Shown in pieces: positions 20,749-31,264 of a DNA stretch of 64,000 nt. Made by a program: the position numbers and the translations under genes. Each line of letters begins with the position of its first letter. Within the stretch, counting starts at the first letter, position 1. The notes beneath the pieces were generated by a model. The model saw only the letters and a list, made by a program, of their open reading frames with translations, ran no database searches and was not told the origin of the DNA. This DNA comes from Diplonema japonicum (Eukaryota; Protista; Euglenozoa: Diplonemea), in the NCBI GenBank assembly GCA_964019335.1, contig OZ025715.1:248001-312000 (forward strand). Direction: 5' to 3'.

Positions 20749-23144
20749 ATGCGGACTCGCAGTCCGAGCCGCGTGAAAGATGCTAAGGACGATACTGAAA
20801 TCTATGTGGGCAATATCAACGCCCAGACACCTGTAGAACCAGAAGACCTTAAGAGGCTCTTTGGCATAGCAGGCACCGTAAGCAACGTGCGCATAGAAAA
20901 AAGCAACTCGAAGGACACCCACTTTGCCTTCATCACCTTCGGTTCAGTAGAAGAAGCAGAGCAAGGCTGTCTTTACGACGGTTTCAAGTACCATGCACTA
21001 AGCCTCAAGGTCCAGAGGAAGGGTCGCCCCGGCCCTCCCAAGTTCGCGACTCCTCCCAGCGAAGACTTCACAAGAAAGTTGAAAGAGCTCCAAGAGCAAG
21101 AGAACACCGACCTGTACCTCACCAACCTGAACACCGCTGATGCGTCGGAGGAGGTGCTTCACGATACCTTCTCAGCCTTCGGGGACGTAAGGAGGGTATG
21201 TACAAAAAAGTGGGGGGGGTATAAAAATCTTCGTTCATCAGGTCCACCTCCATGGCGACCCCAGCAACCCTTCTCGGCCCGCCTTCATTACTTTCTCTAG
21301 ACCGGAACAGGTGTGAATTTTTCAAAGGAAAAGAAGAAGAAAAAAAAAAAAAAAAAAAAAAAAAAGGTTCAACGAGCTGTTGACGCCATGGACGGCAAAG
21401 AATTCCTCGGCAACACCCTCGGCGTCTGCAAGGCACGGGTGGGCCAACGGTTCTGGGCCATCGAAGCTGCTACCAAGTCCAAGTCTTTTGAGGTTTGTTC
21501 ATTTTCTTTTTTTTTTTAACCCTCCCCCCTCCCGCAGGACAGAGATTCCGAGAAGAAAGATTCGAAATCCGACAAAAACGGCAAAAGAACGGGCACCTCT
21601 ACCAGCAGCTCCGGGTCCAAGGACGAGAAGGACAAAGACAAGGACAGCGGCAGGAAGTATGTTTTACCCCGTTTTTTTTTTTTTTTTTTTTTTTCCTGTA
21701 CCCCAAACAACTAGGAGGCGTGGGCGTGAGAACGCTAGCATCAACAGCACCAAAGAGAAGGAGGACGGGAAGAAGGAACCTGTGAAAGATGACAAGGCGA
21801 GCACAGGCAGAACACCCCCCACCAAGTCCATCCCTGCATCCACAACTAAACCGGCTAACCACAGCAGCACAGCGACATCTGCGGCGGCTGTGAAGCCAGC
21901 GTCCAAAACACCCGCCTCGCAGCCACCTACTACTATCAAGACTGCTGCAAAGCTGCCAGCAGGCCAGCTACAACCCCCTCAGCTCTCGGCACCTCCTGAA
22001 GACGCAGCAGACCCCGCACAGGTAATAGAGTCTATCCTGGCAGGTCTGGAACGGACCAGGACTGCCGATAAAGAAAAGAACATTGGTTTGTACTGCTCTA
22101 CCGACAACTACGGCATCCCCACCATGGTGCTGCCCTCCGCCGGCGAGAGGGTTTGCAATGCTCTTCATACTGTCGCGCAGTCCATCCGCAGGGAGCTTGA
22201 AAAGCTTAAAGAGCACCACGCCGCAGCCACAGCCCCCTTCAAGTCCGAGCTCGAGCAGGCGCAGCAAAGGCTCGCCCTTGCAAACCAGGAGTGCGGTGAT
22301 GTGAAGGAAGCCTTCTACTCCCAGCAAGAGGCTTACAATGACCTCGTGCGCCACCGCGACCAGTTCGCTACGTTGCGTCTTGTCAACGTGAAGCCCGAGT
22401 CTACTGCCAAGGACATCGCCCAGATGTGTTCCCAATACGGCCCCGTGCAGCATGTGTCCATGCTGGGGCTTGTCGCTCATGTCACCTTCTGCACCCCTGT
22501 CAACTACCAAGAGATTGCAGCACAGCTCTCGTCCCAAATAGGAGGCCACCAAGCTGAGGCCTGCTTCCATTCCGCCACCGTTGCCGCCGACGTCGCCAAG
22601 CAATCGCAAGCGCCCAATGCGCTTGGGAACGGCCCGACTCCCGAGCACGCCATGCACCCTGGCATGGACCCGCTGATGGCACCTTCGTTCCCCCAGCTGC
22701 CGTTGGTATGTCTAACCCCCCCCCCCCTTCTTTTTGTTTTTTTTTGGGAGAAAAACACCGTTCACGGTAAGCAAAACTTTTCCCACCTCATCCCACGGTA
22801 AACCTGAAACTACTTTTTTTTTTTGTTTCTTTTTTTTTTTTTTTTTTTTTTTTTTTTCGCCACCCGGTTACTGGACCATCAAGAATTTCACCCAACTTTT
22901 TCCCCCCACCATACTTTCCAAATCTTTTATGTCTGATTGCGGGTACGTCATGAAATGTAGTGTTTGAGGAGAAAAATAATGATAGCATGGCAAAAAAAAA
23001 AAAAAAGAAAAAAAAAATGAAAGAAAAAGACCCTGCAGTGGAGTGAGGGAAGGGGTGACACCCCTGAAGAGCATTGCACCCATACTCTTCCCTTCCCACT
23101 CAACTTCCTTTTCGCCGGCCTGTGACATGGGCCATGGACGATTT

Positions 23145-23186
<42 letters not shown>

Positions 23187-25659
23187 ATGGGAATAATAAA
23201 GGTTTCATGTTACCACGGATAGTGGAAGAAAGGTCATGAGTTACCGTGGATGGTGTAAAATAGATGTTCCTACAAATGATTTAGTGGCAATTTTTAAAAA
23301 AAAAAAAAGAAAAAACCAAGGTGGGAAATATATTTAACCATCTACCAACGGACCATTTTTGCCCACCAGGGGGTAAATTTTCAAAACTTCAAAAAAAGCT
23401 ATTCCAGCGCAACGCCGGGGCTATATGCCCCCGGAAATGCCTCCAGATGTCCCAATTCTAGAGAGAGGGTGCCCACAGCAGGGCCCACCCCCACAACATT
23501 GTCAAAAATATCGTTCCTGAAGTGCCCGAGAGGGGGTACAAAAACAAGTCAAAAAAAAATCGACTGTAAAATTCTATAAAAAGCTATTTAAGGCCTTCTT
23601 GACGCGGTTCGTATGTGCCCCAGGGCTGGGGGACTTCTTTTTTGACCCCGAGAGGGGTTTCTGGGGGGTATCCCCAGCAAGGTGGTAGTCTTTGAAGCAC
23701 GGAGTCACGCAAAGTTTACCAAGCAGGCTGAACACTGAAATAGGGGTCTTTTCGACTTGCAATGCTTGCACCGCACGTTGCACTACTTTTTCGGGGAAAT
23801 GGTCCCAGAAGGTACTGTCACGGCGCATTGGGGTCTCAGAGCACTCGTTCTGTGTTTCGGGGCATGGTATTGGGGCAGCCTGCTCTGTAGTTGACTTTAT
23901 CTGTTGTTTAGACTGCCTCCCTAGTAGCCCTTCGATGACTGCCTCTTTGAAAGGCGTAAATCCACTGTCGTTCGTACTCAGGGTGTTGGGGGGCAATGCT
24001 TCTTTCCAAACAAGCCAAGCATTCGCCAGAGATTTACCTAACAAGTACGAAAATACTTTTAGGGGCCACTTTTAAGTCATAAGGGAGCGTTTATGGCGTT
24101 TTGTCACAGCATCACCCAGCGTCGGTTCCGCCCATTGCGGTGTTGTAAAGGGGGCGGGATGTCCTTTCCGGCTTTCATTCTCTTTTGGCGGACACGTCAA
24201 ATTCGACTTCACGAACATCCAACGTCGATAGAAAGCACGCTGGCATGATGTCATGCCACGTTGTGGTGCAAAGGATGCTCGCGTGCTGGTGGAACTGGGT
24301 GTCCGCACGGGATGCGCGTCCTTGGGCTTGCGGCCTCGATTCTTTGGGGCATCCATGATCTCCGGGAGGCCTTTGCGATAGGTAGAAGTCAGCACGCTTG
24401 TTTGTTTCGCTGTGGAAACACAGATTTCCCAGAATAGTCAAAAAGCGGTCTCTTGACATGACGGTGGCGTACCCAGGGGTGTGGTTGAGAGGCGTGAAGC
24501 CAGTGTGCCAGTAATCAGAATAATCTGGCTTGATATCCAAGTCCATCGACAAAAGGGCACCTAGGAAGGTATGCAGAGAAGCAGCATCGAGATCCAGGGA
24601 GACACCTTTTTTAGCCGCATTTGCCACATTGTTCGAAGTTATGACCCGAATAACGTTTGGGACGAGCATTTGGGAGAATATATGGTATGGCGTTGAGCCT
24701 TTGATGTCAAAACAGGGTCCACAAGGATTCCGATCTTCACGAAACCGGATGCCTTCCAACCGCTCCGGCTTTGCCGTCCAATCACCCTGCTGTGACTCGG
24801 AATCGGTCGAATTCGTATCAGAATCACTGTTTGTATCAAAATTGCATAATAGGGATGAGCCATCAGTGCTGCCATCACTCATAACGTCCTCTTCCGGCCT
24901 CTTTCCGGGCGCCCTTTTTTGAAGTGAAGTGGCGTTTTTTTTCATTTTTTCATTTTCTTGTTAAGTTAGGGCAGCATTTAGTTTATTTTTTTCATATTTT
25001 CCGCGCAGGACCCCGCCGGCAAGAACGGGCCGGGCTGTATTGCATTGAAAGCCCTTTGCGTAAAAGATTTTTTTTCAAATCGTCTATATATAGACGCTCG
25101 TTGGTAGATGGTTAAATATATTTTTTCTTCTTTTTTGCTTATACCGTGAACGGTGTTTTTTTTTCTCATTTTTTTTTTTTTTTTTTGAAAAACATTTCCT
25201 TTTTCCTCCCGCCACAGGCGGGGTCCGGGCTCAATCCAAACGCCTCTTCTTATAAAAGCTCAGCTCCTCCGCAATTCGGGCAAGCGCCTCGGCACCCCCA
25301 AAAACAGCCACAACAACAACAACAACCCCAGATGCAGCAGCAGCAGCCTCAGCAACAACAACAACAACAGCCGCCATTGCAGCAGTCTTCCCAGCAGCCA
25401 CAGCCACAGGTACAGCAGCAGCAGGCCCCATCGCAGGCTGCAACGTCTCAACAGCAACGGCCTGTCCCGCAGGAAGGTGTCTGCATTGTGTGCAGCAAAG
25501 TTGGCTTGCAGGTATTTCTTCTTCTTTTTTTTTTCTCCTCAACCACCAAAGGTCTGCTCTGTGTGCATGAAGACTTACTACTGCGGCAGCGAATGTCAGG
25601 CCAGGGACTGGCCAGACCACATGAATGAGTGTGAACAGTTAAAAGCCAAACGGCGTTAG
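20749..25659 (+). CDS. Multi-RRM RNA-binding protein with PAM2-like motif, polyQ and C-terminal MYND zinc finger
   Basis: Inferred exons 20749-21195, 21242-21310, 21367-21492, 21538-21656, 21715-22705, 25218-25511, 25552-25659 are all frame-compatible. RNP motifs IYVGNI/FAFITF and LYLTNL/PAFITF; MYND CIVC..CSVC..YYCGSECQARDWPDH..C. The link across the 2.5-kb intron is less certain. Confidence 0.75.
22748..25167. mobile_element. MITE-like TIR element (about 640 bp without its insert) inside intron 22706-25217
   Basis: GAGAAAAACACCGTTCACGGTAAGCAAAA (22748-22776) is inverted at about 25133-25167; TTTCCCACC/GGTGGGAAA extends the match across the piggyBac insertion. Confidence 0.65.
23338..25111 (-). 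mobile_element. piggyBac DNA transposon, internally deleted and frameshifted transposase
   Basis: 13-bp TIR CCATCTACCAACG with TTAA TSDs (23334-23337, 25112-25115). Minus-strand remnants DYW...MSRDRFLTILGNLCF, YNTAMGGTD, KWPLKVFSYLL...NAWLVW and LCVTPCFKDYH. Confidence 0.95.
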
Positions 25660-25765
25660 ATAGACGGGGTTAAAAAAAAATAAAAAAAATAAATAAATAA
25701 AAAATAAAGAAGTTCCCCCCACCTTTCCCCTTTCCCGCCCAGGCTCCTTTCCTCTTCTAGTTACA

Positions 25766-25821
<56 letters not shown>

Positions 25822-26548
25822 TTAAAAAAAGGGGGGTGAAATAACTATTTATTCCGGGGCAATAAAGGTAGGGGGTTTTTTTTTTTCCCCCCATTGGCTC
25901 TCACGATGACCTTTAAAAAAAAAATGGTTCCGAGGGGGCCAAGAAAAGCTGTGCATCGAGGGAAAGAAAGGTGGACCCTACTCTACCCTGGAAATACAGC
26001 CCGTTTTTTATTTCACAGTTAGTTTCCTCAGAGGCCTAGCTTTTTCGAGAGCGAACTTAGACCGAGGGGAAATTAACTGTGAAAAAAAAAAAAAAAAAAA
26101 AAAAATCCTTTTTTTTTTTACTCCCCTCCTCTTCCCCCCTCTTTGCATTTCTTCATTTTTTTTTCTAAAGGTAAGGAAAACACACACACACACACACATG
26201 AAACAAAAGAATAGTACCCCCCCCCCTTATTTATCTTTGCACTCCAATTATTTTACAGGACGGAAAAAAAAGGAAGGGGGGAGAGAGAGAGGGCACGTAT
26301 ATGTTTTTTTTTTTTCTTCTTTTTCATCTTCTTCTGTTTCTCCTAAGGGCACGCTTGTTTTTCTTTTTCTTTTTTTCTTCTCCTATTCCTCGTAGCTCTT
26401 GCCGCTTCCCTCTTAGGAGCTTTTTTTTCTTTAAAAAAAAGGGGGAATTTGAGAAGGGAAAAAAAGGAGGGAAAATCAAAAGGCATCAACTTCCAAATTT
26501 CTTTCTAAGGCGTTCCAGGCCAAAACTGCAGGCTACCTTCAGAGACAC

Positions 26549-26591
<43 letters not shown>

Positions 26592-27551
26592 TATTATTAT
26601 TTTAAAGGCTGCTCTGGCATCCCTAGATGCGTGTTTTTGTGGGAATCAGAAAAGAAAAGAAGAAAAAGGGAAGAAAATAAAAAAAAGAGAGAGAGAGAAA
26701 AAAAAAAAGAAGAAAAAAAAGGCCCCTTCGCTTGTTCTTAGCCCACCCACCCCACCCCCTCTTTCGAAAAAAAAAAGAGCATAAGTGTTACTCCAAAAAA
26801 AAAAAAAAAAAAAAACCGATTTATTCCAGCAAAGTAAGAAGACAATAATGCCCCGGGGCCACTGAAAGACTTTTCAAAATTACCCCCCCCCCCCCCTTCA
26901 CCCCTCCCTTTTTTTTAAAAAAAGAAACTATTACCATTCTTTTCTCCCCCCTCTTATTTTCCCACTCTTTCACAGTTTTCATAACTCTAAAGTGTTTAAG
27001 CAACCGCCCCGTGAAGGAAAAAGGGAGATGTGTGGCTAAGTTTCACTCCTCTATGCTCTCAGCAACGCGACCAAGTTGTTTAAAAGAAACCACCAAAGCA
27101 CTGTTGGAAGCACAAATCAGCACCGTAATTTAGGTTTTTTTTTTTTTCTTTTATAATGGTTTTCTCCCAGACAGCTGTACCCGGCACTTTAGAGATATGA
27201 GGCGTTAAATACAAAAAAAAAAAAAAAAAAAAAAAAGAAATACAAGAAAAAGAAAAAAAAGGAAAAAAAAAAAACACAAATGACTTAAAGGATCCCCCCC
27301 TTCTTTTTTTTAACCCCCGTTTTTCTTTTTTTCTTTTTTACTTCACCCCACTTATTATTCTCGTTTTTTTTTTCTTTTTTTTTTTCTTCTTCTCTTTTTT
27401 TTTTTTCTTTCTAAATTCAAAGTTTGGTTTCAGGGGAAGAGTGGGGAAAAAAAAAAAGAAAAAAAAAATCAAAATTGCCGGGATTCTTAGAATCGGCTTT
27501 CTGAGACGAGGGTTCCTTTCAACACCTTTCATAACACAGGAAAGACATCAC

Positions 27552-30158
27552 ATGGCCGACGCAAAAGCGGATTCTCATGCCGACCCGGCAAAGAAGGCAA
27601 AGGCACCGAAGCCAAAAGCCGCAAAAAAACTCGACCCAAAAACCTTGAAAGGTCCTGACTTCTGGCAGAAGCGTATCGACCGGTTTGAAGAACTGTACAA
27701 GAAACAGGAAGAAGAGTACAAATCAAAGTCCAAACCAATGAAACTGAAGCTCCTTGACGGTAAAGAAATGGAATGCGAGTCCTGGGTGACCACCCCCATC
27801 GTTCTCGCCAAGAAGATCTCCAGCCAGCTCCCTGACAGAGTTTTCGTCGCAAAGATCGGCGAAACTTTATGGGATCTCACCCGTGTTGTAGAGGATTCCC
27901 AAGACGGCCAAACCATTGAATTCCTTGATTGGGAGTCCACCGAAGCTCAGCACATGTTCTGGCACTCTTCAGCGCATATTCTTGGAGCTGCCATGGAATG
28001 GAAGTACGGTGCTAAGCTCTCCACCGGGCCCTTCCTGCCTGAAGGCGGTTTCTTCTACGAGGCAGACACTACCACTCCTGTCTCGGAGGTTGAGTACCAG
28101 GACATCGACGCACTCGTTAAGGATGTCACCTCCAAGAAGTACCCCTTCCAGAGGCTTGTTCTTAGCAAAGCCGACGCTCTTGAACTCTTTGAGTACAACA
28201 AGTTCAAGCACGCCACCCTTGCCGATAAAGTTCCCGAGAACGGTTTCTGCAGTGTTTACAGATGCGGGCCGCTCATCGACCCTTGCCGTGGTCCCCACGT
28301 CAACACCACCGGCAGGGTGAAGGCGATGATGGTCACCAAGAACTCCTCGTCGTACTGGAGGAACAAGGACACCAACCCCGTGCTGCAGAGAATCTACGGT
28401 ATCTCCTTCCCCAAGGCAGCCCAGCTCGACGAGTGGAAAAAAATCATGGCCGCGGCTGAGGAGAACGACCACAGGAAGATCGGCACCCGTCAGGGGTTGT
28501 GGATGTTCAATGAACTGTCCCCTGGATCGTGCTTCTGGTACCCAGCAGGCGCGCACATTTACAACAGGCTCACCGAATGGATGAGGGTCCTGTACAGGAA
28601 GCACGGGTTCAACGAGGTCATCTCGCCCAACATGTACAACAAGAAGTTGTGGGAGACCTCTGGGCACTGGAAGCACTACTCCGAGGACATGTTCCAGCTG
28701 AAGGGTGACGAAAAGACCACCTACGCGCTGAAGCCCATGAACTGCCCCGGGCACTGCGTCATGTTCTCGAACAACAGACACTCCTACAAGGAGTTCCCTG
28801 TGAGGTACGCTGACTTCGGTGTGCTACACCGTAACGAGCTGCAGGGCGCCCTGTCGGGGCTGACCAGGGTGCGCAGGTTCTGTCAGGACGACGCGCACAT
28901 CTTCTGTCTTCCGGTATGTTGTTGGAGAAGGAATCAAGAAAAATACCCACCTCCCCTCTCACCTACAGGAGCAAACCACTGAGGAGATCGAGAAGGGGTT
29001 GCAGTTCCTGGAGCAAGTGTACACTGTGCTCGGGTTCAAGTTCCACCTTGCACTCTCCACCCGCCCTGAGGGGAAGCTCGGGACTGACAAAATGTGGGAC
29101 CGCAGCGAGCACTACCTCCGCGTGGCACTCAACAAGTTCTGCAACATCCAAGGCGAGCAGAACGACCCGTTCTCCCCTGGCAAGACCTTCGAGTACAACG
29201 GTACTGAGTCCTGCGTGAAGAGGTTGAAGAGAAACATGGCCGACGCGGAGAAGGCGGGCACCCCGCTCAACGTGAAGCAGCTGTGGTTCATGAACGAGGG
29301 GGACGGTGCTTTCTATGGGCCGAAGATCGACATCAGGATCGAGGACGCTATGAAGAGTATGTTCCCCACCCCCCACCCATCCGTTTTATATTTTAAAAAA
29401 AACAGGGAAGCACCAACTGGGGACCCTTCAGCTGGACTTCAACCTCCCCCAGAGGTTCGACTTGTCGTACGAGCCGAAGAAGTCTGTTGAACAGCCCCCT
29501 CTGAAGGAGGGCCAGCTTGTGAACTGTGATGGGTCGCTGTGGGTGGCCTCTGAATCGGTATGTTCCCGGTTTTCCTCGTATTCATCATCACACTCAGGAC
29601 CCCAATGTGGACACCGAAGGGAACCCGAAGGAGCACGCTCTGTCCGGTGACGAGGCGAAGAAGGCTTACGTGAACGGTGAGAAGAGGCCTGTGATGATCC
29701 ACAGGGCTATCCTCGGGTCGCTGGAAAGATGCATTGCTATCCTTGCCGAACACTGGCAAGGAAAGTGGCCTTTCTGGGTGTCCCCCAAGCAAGCGATTAT
29801 TATTCCTGTGTCGGAGGGCTTCATGGGCTATGCCAAGGAGGTGAAGGACTTCTTCTACGGTGAAGGCTTCGAAGTCGCACTTGACACCAGCGATGCTACC
29901 CTTAACAAGAAGATCAGGAACGCGCAGATGTCGCAGTACAACTTCATCATGGTGGTCGGTGCTGACGAGCAGGCCAACAAGAGTGTGAACATTCGGGTGA
30001 GGGGATCAGGCAAGAAGGAGGAAGAGGACAAGAAGAACAGCAAGGACAAGAAGGCAGACAAGGAGAAGGAAGAGAAGGTTGCCACCCTTGTGAAGTCTCT
30101 TGACGAGACCCTTGCTTGGTTCCAGGAGCTTAACAAGACCCAGGACCCTTCTATGTGA
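27552..30158 (+). CDS. TARS: Threonyl-tRNA synthetase
   Basis: FWHSSAH, DPCRGPH, DHRKIG, LKPMNCPGHC, LTRVRRFCQDDAHIFC, GAFYGPKID, QLDFNLP, IHRAILGSLER. Exons 27552-28913, 28969-29356, 29406-29557, 29598-30158. Confidence 0.97.
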
Positions 30159-31264
30159 AAGAATTGATTGACCTTTCCCGATTTTCAAATTAGTGTTTTC
30201 TTTTTTTTTTTTTTTTTTTTTTTTTTCATTTTCGTATAAGAGGATGAGGAGAGAAGAGAAAGAAGGGGGGGGGGGGGGAAATGCAAAACAAAACAAGGAA
30301 AAAAAAAAGAAAAAAAAAGAAAAAAAAAACGATTGTGCGCACGAGCGGAATTTTAATAATAAAATAGCTCATTACGCTGCCGTCAACTAGTTTTTTTTTT
30401 AGTCTCGACAAGAAGTAATGTTGTCAAAACAAAAAAAAAGAAGAAAAGAAAAAACGAAATGCGCCCAAGCTTGCACCGTCGGCAAGCTTCACAGCTGCTT
30501 TCTGTTTCACGATGATGAGCGCTGGAAGCCAGTCAGCCGAAGAGTGCATGGCGCAAGCTATTCTTTTATTTACTGTATTCAGAGATTGACGAAAAGATAA
30601 CTTTCCCGAATGCGAGGTAGCACCACGAACTTTTGCCCCGTTCCAGCATTTATTTTTTTCTCTAGGGGGGGGTTTTTTTTTTCCGTTCTCTTTATACAAG
30701 CCTCCCTGCTTAAAAACTCTTCTCACTACCCCACCCCTTATTTTCTTTTTTTTTTTTTAGTGCTCGTTTCCCTTCTACGCACCCCCTCCCCCTCCTTTTT
30801 TATAAAGGATCTTTCCTTTCATGACTTGCTACCTTTTTTTTGATGGGTTCCCTTCCCATCACAATGCATTTTTTTAAAGTTTATTTTATCTTCTTTTTGT
30901 CAAATGCTGCACGAGTAAGACCAACCATGGGTCAAGCACCAGACAAGAAAGCGGGCCTTTTTGCTCAGTAAGAACGAAAAGAAAAAAAGTAAATACGTTA
31001 CACGTCATCTCCCGTTGGCTTACCAGGCTCTCTTCTCGCCGCAGAGGTCATCCCTACACGAGGAAGCGGCAGATACAACGCTTGTGTCAGAAGATGCAGC
31101 TGCATCGATATCGAAGGCGTCCTCACCCTTCTCTCAAGGACTCCTCGACTTAACAATGGACCTGTTATCTATCCTGCGTATCTTGACAACGTTGGCGCCG
31201 GTCTTGTTTTGAGGCCCGGGGGGGAGGCGTTGCTATTCTACACATCACACAGTTTGCTCGCAAA

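Noticed and set aside
30505-30600. ATGATGA as a possible box C of a snoRNA
   Set aside because: No suitably placed box D or terminal stem
30961-31212. 83-aa ORF upstream of kinase copy 1
   Set aside because: Non-ATG start, no motif, no supporting splice structure
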